From: Myxococcota bacterium
Lineage (GTDB): Bacteria > Myxococcota_A > UBA796 > SXON01
Direction: 5' to 3'
Assembly: GCA_040386535.1 (NCBI GenBank)
Contig: JAZKFH010000005.1
Span: 190,298-254,297, forward strand
Length of the DNA stretch: 64,000 nt
How positions within the stretch are numbered: the stretch's first letter is position 1; every line of letters begins with the position of its first letter. The notes under the pieces were generated by a model, which saw only the letters and a list, made by a program, of their open reading frames with translations, was not told the DNA's origin and did not search any database. This document shows positions 20,255 through 28,791 of the stretch, one piece after another. The position numbers and the translations under genes were made by a program.

Positions 20255-23032
20255 CTACCCGAGGATGAACGCGATCGCGGCCTTGAGCGACGCCGCGGCG
20301 CGGGTCGAGAGCTTCTTCCCGCGCTGGGCCTCCGCCTCGCTCACCAGGGCGCCGAGCTTGCTCGCCGCGTCGGCGTGGTTCCCCGCGCGCTCGGAGGCGC
20401 AGGCGTTGTTCGCCTTGGAGAGGAGGCTCTTCGCCCAGGGCCACGTCGCGTCCGTGGAGCTCAGGCTGGCGACGTAGTCGGCCACGTCGCAGACCTCGTC
20501 GGGGCAGCCATCCCCGAACAGGTCGGTGCTGTCCGCGGCGTCGAGCGCGCACAGGTCCGCGATGTCGGTGAGCCCGTCGCCGTCGTCGTCGGCGTCGCAG
20601 GCGTCCCCGGAGTGATCGGCGTCGGTGTCGGACTGCGTCCCATTCGTGATCAGGGCGCAGTTGTCGGCCCCGTCGGCGACGCCGTCTCCGTCGTCGTCGG
20701 CGTCGCAGGTGTCCCCTTCCCCGTCGCGGTCGGTGTCGAGCTGCCCGTCGTTCACGTCGAAGGCGCAGTTGTCGTCGAGGTCGCCCACGCCGTCGTTGTC
20801 GTCGTCGGCGTCACACTCGTCGCCGAAGCCGTCCATGTCGTCGTCGTACTGCTCGGGATCGTAGAGCCCCACGCAGGCATCCTCGGTGTCCACCACGTCG
20901 TCGCCGTCGTCGTCCGGGTCGCAGGCCGTGCCGTCGCCGTCGCCGTCCACGTCGGTCTGGGCGACGTTCGAGACGTCGGGGCAGTTGTCCTCGACATCGG
21001 CGATCGCGTCGCCGTCGACGTCCCAGTCGCAGGCGTCACCGAGGCCGTCGCCGTCGTAGTCCTCCTGGTCCTCGTCGGCCACCACCGGGCAGACGTCGTC
21101 CTCGTCGGCGACCATGTCGTCGTCGTCGTCCTCGTCGCAGGTGTCGCCGTCGCCGTCCAGGTCGAGGTCGGACTGGTCGCCGTTGACGTCGTAGGCGCAG
21201 TTGTCGTCGTCGTCGGAGACCCCGTCGTTGTCGTCGTCCGCGTCGCAGTCGTCGCCCGCGCCGTCGAGGTCGCTGTCGGACTGCGGGCTGTTCGCGACGA
21301 TCGGGCAGTTGTCCGCGGCGTCCGTCAACGTGTCGCCGTCGTCGTCGAGGTCGCAGGCGTCGCCCAGGCCGTCGCCATCGAGGTCCGCCTGGGCGGCGTT
21401 CGCGGTCGCCGGGCAGTTGTCGAGGTCGTCGGCCGCGTCGTCGCCGTCGTCGTCGTCGTCGCAGAGGTCGCCGTCCAGGTCGCCGTCGAGGTTCGCCTGG
21501 TCGGCGTTCCCGTCGTAGGCGCAGTTGTCGAAGAGGTCGTCCACGCCGTCGTTGTCGTCGTCGTCGTCGCAAGCGTCGCCGACGAGGTCCCCGTCGCCGT
21601 TGTCCTGGTCCCCGTTCGGATCGGCGGGGCAGTTGTCCACGTCGTCGTCCACGAGGTCACCGTCGTCGTCCAGGTCGCAGGCGGCGCCGTCGCCGTCCTC
21701 GTCCTGGTCGCTCTGGTCGGCGTTGTAGTCGAACGGGCAGTTGTCCTCGTCGTCGAGGGCGCCGTCCTCGTCGTCGTCACCGTCACAGGCGTCGCCGCCG
21801 CCCGTCCCGTCGGTGTCGGCCTGGCTCGCGTTCGGTACGCCCCAGCAGTTATCGGTGGCGTCCGAGGCCCCGTCCCCGTCGTCGTCGGCGTCGCACGCGT
21901 CGCCGTAGAAGTCGCCGTCCAGGTCGGCCTGGGGGGCGGGGTTGGCGACGGTGGCACAGTTGTCGGACTCGTCGGCGACGCCGTCGTTGTCGTCGTCCGC
22001 GTCGCAAACGTCGCCCGCGAGGTCGCCGTCCAGGTTGGCCTGGCTGGTGGCGGACAGGAAGGGACAGTTGTCCACGCTGTCCGCGAAGCCGTCGTTGTCG
22101 TCGTCGGTGTCGCAAACGTCGCCCGCGGCGTCACGGTCGAAGTCGGCCTGGTCGGCGTTCGCGACGCTCGAGCAGTTGTCGGCGCTGTCGATCCGGCCGT
22201 CAGCGTCGCTGTCCTCACAGACATCCCCGACCCCGTCACCGTCCGTGTCCGCCTGGGTGGCGTTCGACACCGCCGGGCAGTTGTCCTGGCCCGTCGACAC
22301 CCCGTCGGCGTCCGCGTCCCGCCCGGCCGCGTAGGCGCAGGCGCCGTCGATCTCCGACTGGCCGAGCGTCCGGCTGTAGATGAAGGTGCCGTCGATCAGC
22401 CCCACCATCGTGTGCCCGGAGAACTGGGCGAGGCCGCCGAGGGTGGCGCTGGTGCGCCCGGAGCCGGGGATGGACGCCACCGTCTGGACCGTGCTCGCGG
22501 CCGCTCCGTCGACGTAGGAGTAGAAGGTCGCGGTCCCTGTGGCGCTGGTGTAGGCGGCCGCGACACAGATCCACTCGTTGAGGCGCTCCCGCGGCTTCGC
22601 CAGGGTGGAGACGTGGGGGTTCAGCCCAGTGCCGCCGGCTACACCGTAGCCGTAGCGAAAGTCGGTGAGGTTGATCGCGCGGTCGAAGCCGTTGTCGTCG
22701 TGCCCGATGGCGTAGCCGAGGTCGTTCGTGCTCGCGGTGAGCTTGATCCACATCCCGACGGTCATGGAGGCGTAGCGGTCCGGGCCGATGTTCACGGGAA
22801 GGGTGACGATCCCGCTCTGGGTGCCGTTGATGACGAAGGCCTGGCCCTGGATGCCGGGCCCGTAGGTGGTGGCCGCGCCGAGCGTGGCCGTCGCGCCGCC
22901 GACCGCGTCGCTCGGGTTGCCGTTGGCGTTCCACTGGTGGACGAGGCCGGTGGTCGGGGAGGCCGCCTGGGCCGTGCCCGTGCCGAGGGCGAGGAGGACG
23001 AGGAGGTTCTGGAGGCGAGGCGTGCGGGTCAA
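20255..23032 (-). CDS. Secreted protein with LamG-like domain, about 17 thrombospondin type-3 repeats and a FIMAH-like C-terminus
   Basis: Signal peptide, LamG-like N-terminus, repeats of DNCP...N..Q.D.D.DG.GDACD.DDD.DG of about 36 aa, helical C-terminal domain. Confidence 0.85.
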   Translation of the reverse strand: MTRTPRLQNLLVLLALGTGTAQAASPTTGLVHQWNANGNPSDAVGGATATLGAATTYGPGIQGQAFVINGTQSGIVTLPVNIGPDRYASMTVGMWIKLTASTNDLGYAIGHDDNGFDRAINLTDFRYGYGVAGGTGLNPHVSTLAKPRERLNEWICVAAAYTSATGTATFYSYVDGAAASTVQTVASIPGSGRTSATLGGLAQFSGHTMVGLIDGTFIYSRTLGQSEIDGACAYAAGRDADADGVSTGQDNCPAVSNATQADTDGDGVGDVCEDSDADGRIDSADNCSSVANADQADFDRDAAGDVCDTDDDNDGFADSVDNCPFLSATSQANLDGDLAGDVCDADDDNDGVADESDNCATVANPAPQADLDGDFYGDACDADDDGDGASDATDNCWGVPNASQADTDGTGGGDACDGDDDEDGALDDEDNCPFDYNADQSDQDEDGDGAACDLDDDGDLVDDDVDNCPADPNGDQDNGDGDLVGDACDDDDDNDGVDDLFDNCAYDGNADQANLDGDLDGDLCDDDDDGDDAADDLDNCPATANAAQADLDGDGLGDACDLDDDGDTLTDAADNCPIVANSPQSDSDLDGAGDDCDADDDNDGVSDDDDNCAYDVNGDQSDLDLDGDGDTCDEDDDDDMVADEDDVCPVVADEDQEDYDGDGLGDACDWDVDGDAIADVEDNCPDVSNVAQTDVDGDGDGTACDPDDDGDDVVDTEDACVGLYDPEQYDDDMDGFGDECDADDDNDGVGDLDDNCAFDVNDGQLDTDRDGEGDTCDADDDGDGVADGADNCALITNGTQSDTDADHSGDACDADDDGDGLTDIADLCALDAADSTDLFGDGCPDEVCDVADYVASLSSTDATWPWAKSLLSKANNACASERAGNHADAASKLGALVSEAEAQRGKKLSTRAAASLKAAIAFILG

Positions 23033-23291
23033 GGGAGCTCCGGTGTGCGCGGGGCGGCCGTCGGTCCGGTGTCTACCGGGGAGCGGCGCCCTCGCGTCCG
23101 AGGCGTTGTGGCATGGTCACCTTGGCGGAGGCACTTGCAGCCCCTTGCAGCCGCTCGTCCGCGCGCGGGCTCACCGGGCGCGGGCGGCGCCGCCCTGGGC
23201 GCCGGGGCACCGCGCCCCTCGTGGTCGCCCAAGCTTCGGACTTGTTAGGCTCGCGTTCGGGGCGCTTCGCTCTTCACCTGAATCGAGGACG

Positions 23292-23564
23292 ATGATGCCG
23301 CAGCCGCCGAGCGATCCTGGAGCCTACCGACCGCCCCCTCAGCCCGGATACCTGCCGCCGCCCGCGCATGGGAGTCCCCGGTCGAAGAAGCCGATGGGCA
23401 GCCTCGGTAGATCCCTCATCGTCGTCGGACTCTTTCTCCTCGCCTCCTTCTGCGCTGGCGCCGTCGGAAGGGTGCTCGAGAAGCTCGAGGCCAGCTCCGC
23501 TTCCTCCGCCGCGCCCGATCTCGCGCAGGAGAAGGAAGCGGTCGAGACGCCCCCGGCGAAGTAG
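23292..23564 (+). CDS. Hypothetical Pro-rich single-TM protein
   Basis: RBS GAGGA and ATG at 23292; Pro-rich N-terminus and one hydrophobic helix. Confidence 0.5.
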   Translation: MMPQPPSDPGAYRPPPQPGYLPPPAHGSPRSKKPMGSLGRSLIVVGLFLLASFCAGAVGRVLEKLEASSASSAAPDLAQEKEAVETPPAK

Positions 23565-23597
23565 GAACGGCCGCGTAATCCTGGGAGGAGCATCAGC

Positions 23598-24554
23598 ATG
23601 GCAGGGTTGCACTTCGGAAAGTCTCGATGGGACGAGATCCCTTCGGTCCTCGGCCTCACGGTGGATTCCGGGGGCGTGATGTCCGGCCTCTGGCAAGGGA
23701 TGAGTGTCAACGCGTACTTCTCCAGTCGCCACGACAAGTACGGGACGATGCTTCACCGCACGGACGTGGGGATGCCCTTCGATCCTCCGCTGGGCGTCCA
23801 GGTCCTCGAGAGCGCCGAGCTGTGGACGGAGCTCGTGGACCCGCGGCTATCGGCCGACTTCGAAGCCTCCGCGAAGGGCCTCGGGATGTTCGCGGCCTCC
23901 ATCGGCGACGGCGGGATCCGCGGGAGCTGGGGTCACTACGAGGCGGCTCCCGAGCGCTATCGGGCGGCCTTCGAGCTCTTCGCATGGGCCGCGCAAATCA
24001 TCCTCGCGCGGCGGGCAAACAACCCTCCGCCGTGGGAGATCGAGATCGCCCAGAGTTGGCCCGCGCTCGCGCAGGGATGGGGGCTGACACTCGACGTTCG
24101 ACGCGGCATGATGACGGGGACGGTTGGCGGCCGGCCGATGCAGGTCTGCCTCGGAGACTACGAGGGCGCGTTCACTACGATCGTCGCGATCGCGGTTCCG
24201 GTGCCTGCCGGCTGCGAGCTGTCGCTTGCGCGCCAGGACGGCGACGGCTTCTTCGCGAAGCTGTTCCGCGGGCAGGACGTCGTCCTCGGCGACCCCGCCT
24301 TCGACGCCGCGTTCGTGGTCAGGGGCGCCCCCGAGTCGTTCGTCCGCGCCGCCCTCACGCCCGCCGCGCGCGCGCACATCCTCGAGCTCACCCGCACCGG
24401 CTGCGCCATCACCCTGAAGGAAGGGGCGCTCGTCGCGTGGGCCAAGGAGCGGATCACCGATGGCGAGCGCGTCGACGCGTTGATGCAGGCGGCTCTCGCG
24501 GCCTCGCTGGCGCTGTGTCCCGAGGCGACTTCAGGGGCAGTGCCGCTGCGGTAG
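23598..24554 (+). CDS. Hypothetical protein
   Basis: Strong RBS GGAGGAG; 318-aa ORF with host-like codon usage; QDVVLGDPAFDAAFVV motif of unknown function. Confidence 0.7.
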   Translation: MAGLHFGKSRWDEIPSVLGLTVDSGGVMSGLWQGMSVNAYFSSRHDKYGTMLHRTDVGMPFDPPLGVQVLESAELWTELVDPRLSADFEASAKGLGMFAASIGDGGIRGSWGHYEAAPERYRAAFELFAWAAQIILARRANNPPPWEIEIAQSWPALAQGWGLTLDVRRGMMTGTVGGRPMQVCLGDYEGAFTTIVAIAVPVPAGCELSLARQDGDGFFAKLFRGQDVVLGDPAFDAAFVVRGAPESFVRAALTPAARAHILELTRTGCAITLKEGALVAWAKERITDGERVDALMQAALAASLALCPEATSGAVPLR

Positions 24555-24690
24555 CGCTGGGGGTCCGCCGTATTCGGGGATGGTCAGCTTCGGCGTCTTC
24601 GGCGCGGGCACAAGATCACCGCGGTGAAGTGGTGCAAGACGCGCCTATGCACGCGTACGGGCGGCAGCATCGCGTCAGGAACCCCTCGCT

Positions 24691-24791
24691 CCGCTGCCCC
24701 TCGAACCCTTCGCCACCCCGAAAAAGCACAACGCCCGCCTGGTTTTCACCGGGCGGGCGTTGCAGGAATGGTGGAGGCGGCGGGAGTCGAA
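24691..24791 (-). repeat. Distal att copy: displaced 3' end of ssrA plus its terminator
   Basis: Matches 48221..48321 over 101 bp with one mismatch (24710 T versus 48240 C). Identity stops inside the tmRNA T-loop (TTCGA). Confidence 0.95.
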
Positions 24792-24979
24792 GACGTCTTC
24801 GCGGTCAACCAAAACCAAGGTTGTCGCGGCGGTCTGCCCCGTAGGACGTGGGCTTTCGCCCCTCCCCTTTGTTCTCGTGATTGCCGGTGGCCGGGGTTGT
24901 TTCCCGGTGTTCGCGGCACGGCTGCGGCACTCGGGAAGCGCCCAGGGGGAGGGCTTCGGCCCTCCCCCGCGGGGCCGTC

Positions 24980-27142
24980 ATGGCTTCGGCTGAGCGGTTC
25001 GCGCGTCCAGCCCAATCTTACTTCGCGCGGTGGCCTCGCCTCGTGGAGGTGGCGGTCGCGCGCCTCGGGCTGTCGCGTAAGGCGAACGACGTCCTACGCC
25101 AGATCGGGCTCTCGCTGTTCGGCGTGGACGAGCGGTACCGCCTGGTCGGCGTGCCGGTCGCCGAGCGGGGGATCGCCGCCGCGGTGAATCGGGCGCCTTC
25201 GGGCGTGCACGCGGGCGTCGTGGAGCTGCTGGCGAAGGGCGTGCTGGTCCGGCGGGTGGATGGGGTGAGGCGGAACGCGTGGAGGTACCAGATCGCCCAC
25301 CCCACGCGCTGGGTGGACGCCGACGGGGGCGGGGCGCCTGCGGGCATCGAGACGCTGGCCCCCGATGTGGTTGAGGGGTGGGAGCGGCCGCTACTCCGCT
25401 TCCCGGCGCAGACGCGCGGGCGGTGCCAGGACGAGGTTGTCCCCGAGGTTGTCCACAAGGCCGAGTCCGGTGCTCACCCCGGGGTGAGCACTCATGCGCG
25501 GGCCTCTTCCGGGGTTGAAGATGATCCTGATCAGAGATCAATTTCTCTGGTTGATCGGTATTGGGTGCTGATCCGCGGAAAGCAAGCTTCGCTCGTGGAG
25601 GTTGTCGGAGCGACGCTCGATGAGTGGTACCCGGGGTGGGACAGCATCGGCATCGAGAGGGTGCAGGACGTGCCGTCGAGCGTTGCTGTGCGATTGTCGG
25701 AGGCGCTGCCGTCGAATCGGGGAGGATGGACTCCGCTGATCGTGCGGAACGCGGTGGTGAGGGCGGCAGAGCTGGCGAAGCCGCTGGCGGATGACCGGCA
25801 GGAGCGCGAGCGGCTTGAGTTGGAGCGGGAGGCCGCGGGTGCGCGGGAGCGTGGGGTGGCGGTGTTGGCGTGGTGGGAGGGGGTGCGGGAGCGGGCGGTA
25901 GCCTTCGGGAGTGACATCGCGGAGGTTGAGGCGGCGGTTCGGCGAATTCGGAAGGGAAACCTATTGGAATTGGAGGTTGCGGAGGTCCTCGTCGAGCTGG
26001 TGGAGGAGCGCATGTGGGCGGCGGCACTGAGCCCGGTGCGGTTCGCGGAGCCCGAGGTCGAGGTCGAGCCCGTCGCGGCGCTGGTCGAGGTTGTCGTGCC
26101 GGAGCCGGTGGCGATGGCGGTGCCGGGCACCCTGGGGGACGCGCGGCCGGCGCTGGCTCTGCCGCCTCGGTTCGGATCCGGCCGGCTAGGGGCCGCCCCG
26201 TCGGCCATGCGGCCGTGTGACCCCGAGGAGCTCCGGGTAAGGGCGTCCCGGCTGCTCGCCGCCCTCGACGCCGCCTTGGCGTGCGACGGAGCAGACCTTT
26301 CCGCCACGCATCGCGCCCTCGCAGGTGCCGCCGTCGATCATCTCCGGCAGCGCCTGCAATCGGGCGGGGAGCCCATGCTGGGGCACGCGGTGCGGCAGGC
26401 CGAGGGGGTGGCAACGCGACTGAGGGTGGCCGTCGCGGGGGACTCCCAGGGCACCGAGTCGACGCCACACGCCGGCGAAGATGTCGCTTTGCGCGCCGGC
26501 CCTACGCGAGACTCGTCCTGCGACATCAAGACGGCTGGGATGGTTCCGGGCGTCGGCGGTGGGGCCGGAGAGCGGGATCGGGACGTAACCTGCATGGAGC
26601 TGGGCGACGCTGCATCCGAGGGACCGATAATCGGGGCGCCTCCACGGGGAACATGTGCACGCAACGCGTGCTCCCCAGTGGGATTGTCTACGCAGCGCGG
26701 AGACGATTCAGAGGGTCCCCCGCCGGCCGGACGAACACTGACAATCAAGGGTTCGAGGTTCGACCCAGGAGCTGGGCGGGGACACCGCCGGGCCGACCTC
26801 GGCGGGCTCCGGCCTCATGTTCCCAACGGCTCGAAGGCCACCATCTGGCGTGGGATGGGGCGGCTTGCGCGGAACTGGTTCGAAACGATCCCGTGGCGGA
26901 TGACGACGATGTCCGCGTGCTCCACGCGCCGGTGGGCGGAACCGCAGGTGCCCTTCGGCGCAGCCAGCGTGACCTCGTGCCGCCTGCCGAAGCATCCGGC
27001 GGGTCCGCTCCCGCAGGTGTGGCCCCGCGCCCCGTTGACGGCCTCGACCGCCAGGCCCGGGAGCAGAAGCGACTGGCCGAAGGTGTGCCGGGTGAAGTGG
27101 TCCACGAGCAGCGTCATCACCCTGTTCAGGGCGAAGCAGTAG
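24980..27142 (+). CDS. Putative replication-initiator-like winged-HTH protein (3' part doubtful)
   Basis: VAERGIAAAVNRAPSGVHAGVVELLAKGVLVRR...NAWRY fits a wHTH. The last 328 bp overlap the convergent oxidoreductase gene, so the true end may be degenerate. Confidence 0.45.
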   Translation: MASAERFARPAQSYFARWPRLVEVAVARLGLSRKANDVLRQIGLSLFGVDERYRLVGVPVAERGIAAAVNRAPSGVHAGVVELLAKGVLVRRVDGVRRNAWRYQIAHPTRWVDADGGGAPAGIETLAPDVVEGWERPLLRFPAQTRGRCQDEVVPEVVHKAESGAHPGVSTHARASSGVEDDPDQRSISLVDRYWVLIRGKQASLVEVVGATLDEWYPGWDSIGIERVQDVPSSVAVRLSEALPSNRGGWTPLIVRNAVVRAAELAKPLADDRQERERLELEREAAGARERGVAVLAWWEGVRERAVAFGSDIAEVEAAVRRIRKGNLLELEVAEVLVELVEERMWAAALSPVRFAEPEVEVEPVAALVEVVVPEPVAMAVPGTLGDARPALALPPRFGSGRLGAAPSAMRPCDPEELRVRASRLLAALDAALACDGADLSATHRALAGAAVDHLRQRLQSGGEPMLGHAVRQAEGVATRLRVAVAGDSQGTESTPHAGEDVALRAGPTRDSSCDIKTAGMVPGVGGGAGERDRDVTCMELGDAASEGPIIGAPPRGTCARNACSPVGLSTQRGDDSEGPPPAGRTLTIKGSRFDPGAGRGHRRADLGGLRPHVPNGSKATIWRGMGRLARNWFETIPWRMTTMSACSTRRWAEPQVPFGAASVTSCRLPKHPAGPLPQVWPRAPLTASTARPGSRSDWPKVCRVKWSTSSVITLFRAKQ

Positions 27143-28233
27143 TGGAAGTGGTCGCAGCCATGCGCTAGCCGTACCTTTGGTAAGCTGGGCATGCACTGAT
27201 GCAGACGGCGCGTGACGCGGCGCTCGAGGTCGCTGTCTCGCAGAGCTCGTTCTAGGGTGCTCACCCAGTCCGCGTGCCACCGCGCGAGCACCGCGTGGTC
27301 GCGCTCGCTGAAATTGTCCGCCGATAGCCAGACGTATTGCCGCTGGTACCGGTTCTCGAGCACATGAGCGAGATCTTCGAGGATGTCCATGCGCAGGTGG
27401 GCGGCGAGCTCACGGCCAGTCATGCCCGTCGCGAGCCAGAGGAACTCCTGCAGCGCGCCGTCCCCACCGCCGGACACGATCGCGGTCTTGTCACCGAGGC
27501 GGAACGCCGGATCGGCCACGGGGTCCTGTCCGTCCCAGTAGTCGAACGAGCGGAAGCCGTCGACCGGCGGGGCGGCGGCGGCTCCTCCCCACACCCGTTC
27601 CTTCCCCGGGCCGATGCACTCGATCACGAGTCCCGCAGGCTCGACGCACGTGCGCCCGGGGTGGGCGGGATCAGGCATGCGAAGGCGCCCGCGATCGTCG
27701 AACGACAGGTCGTCCACGCGGGATTTCCCCTGGATGCGGAGGTGCCCCGCTTGGCGCGCCCTGTCGCGGTGGGCCCTCCAAATGGGCATCCACTGCGTGC
27801 GCACGATGTCGTCCGCGTCGCCCGCGCTCCACCCCAAAACCGCGTTCCGGCCCCAGTCGGGCCGTGCCCAATGGTCCGCGGGCCAATCGTACACGGTCGG
27901 GTCGAGGTAGCGGCGGGTTGAGCGCTGGAGACCGAAGCACGCGAACTCTTCGTCGTGGTCGTGCAGCAGTAGCGTGCGTACGCCGCGCCGGATCGCGGTG
28001 AGCGCGGCGGTTATGCCCGCAACGCCTGCGCCGATCACTACGAGTTGCTTGTCGGGCGCCCGCCCGACAAGCTTCTCGTGAAACGCGAGCTCGACTACGG
28101 TCTGTGCGCGGACCATCTGGTCGCGCACGCTCTGCGGCCGGCTGTGCGAGATGTCCAGCCAGGGCGGCGGGGAGCCCTGCGTCGGCCATACGCGGTGCGC
28201 CGCCGGCATGGGCGCGTGAAGGCGGTGGGGCAT
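26815..28233 (-). CDS. FAD-dependent oxidoreductase
   Basis: Rossmann motif VVIGAGVAGITAA; also RYLDPTVYDWP, SGGGDGALQE and DIVVIRHG. Confidence 0.8.
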   Translation of the reverse strand: MPHRLHAPMPAAHRVWPTQGSPPPWLDISHSRPQSVRDQMVRAQTVVELAFHEKLVGRAPDKQLVVIGAGVAGITAALTAIRRGVRTLLLHDHDEEFACFGLQRSTRRYLDPTVYDWPADHWARPDWGRNAVLGWSAGDADDIVRTQWMPIWRAHRDRARQAGHLRIQGKSRVDDLSFDDRGRLRMPDPAHPGRTCVEPAGLVIECIGPGKERVWGGAAAAPPVDGFRSFDYWDGQDPVADPAFRLGDKTAIVSGGGDGALQEFLWLATGMTGRELAAHLRMDILEDLAHVLENRYQRQYVWLSADNFSERDHAVLARWHADWVSTLERALRDSDLERRVTRRLHQCMPSLPKVRLAHGCDHFHYCFALNRVMTLLVDHFTRHTFGQSLLLPGLAVEAVNGARGHTCGSGPAGCFGRRHEVTLAAPKGTCGSAHRRVEHADIVVIRHGIVSNQFRASRPIPRQMVAFEPLGT

Positions 28234-28240
28234 CGGAACT

Positions 28241-28789
28241 CTATGCTTCGATGAGCGTGTACTTAACGAAGCTGGCGTGCTTGTCGGGGACGACGCTCAC
28301 CGCGAACCGCCTCAGGCGACTAGCATCCACATCCTGGCGCGCCGCCACTGGCAGATCCGCGTCCACGATCACCATCGGATCGCACTCGCCCGCCGACCTT
28401 GCGGCCACCTCGACGGCCGCGGAGAGGTGTTCTCCCCCCTTCAGGCGGACGGCGAGCACGTCAAATTTGCGGAGGTCGTGCGGCTTCAACCGCTCCGCCA
28501 CCTTCTCGTCCGGCCCGAAGGGCACTACGAGCGCGCGCAGAGTCCGGAAACGCGGCGCCGTGTACGCTGGCGGGGTGATGCGCGTGAAGGGCGGGCTCCA
28601 GGAGGAGCTGGTGCCGCCCGAGGCGCCCGCCACTTCAGCCGTCACGAATCGCTCGTCCGCGCGAGAAGTTTTGCCGTCCGGAGTGCCGATGCCGGTGTCG
28701 AAAAGGGCGGATGCGACCGCCGAGCGGGATAGCACTGCGGATGCCTCCGGCCGATTTTTGGCGTTCAGGGTTCGTTCTTTCTTGTCCAT
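28241..28789 (-). CDS. Hypothetical protein
   Basis: ATG at 28789, 2 nt after the upstream stop and 7 nt before the next gene, which is operonic spacing. Confidence 0.6.
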   Translation of the reverse strand: MDKKERTLNAKNRPEASAVLSRSAVASALFDTGIGTPDGKTSRADERFVTAEVAGASGGTSSSWSPPFTRITPPAYTAPRFRTLRALVVPFGPDEKVAERLKPHDLRKFDVLAVRLKGGEHLSAAVEVAARSAGECDPMVIVDADLPVAARQDVDASRLRRFAVSVVPDKHASFVKYTLIEA

Positions 28790-28791
28790 CT

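Noticed and set aside
20375..23248. 957-aa Val-rich plus-strand ORF and an array-like repeat pattern
   Set aside because: Antisense of GAC-rich TSP3 coding repeats. There are no identical repeats with unique spacers and no cas genes, so it is not a CRISPR array.
24769..24791. Possible tRNA gene (T-arm half plus CCA end)
   Set aside because: Only the duplicated 3' fragment of ssrA; no 5' half or anticodon arm.
26748..26768. GGGTTCGAGGTTCGACCC, resembling a T-loop or secondary att site
   Set aside because: Opposite orientation to ssrA, no acceptor stem or CCA, and short enough to be chance.
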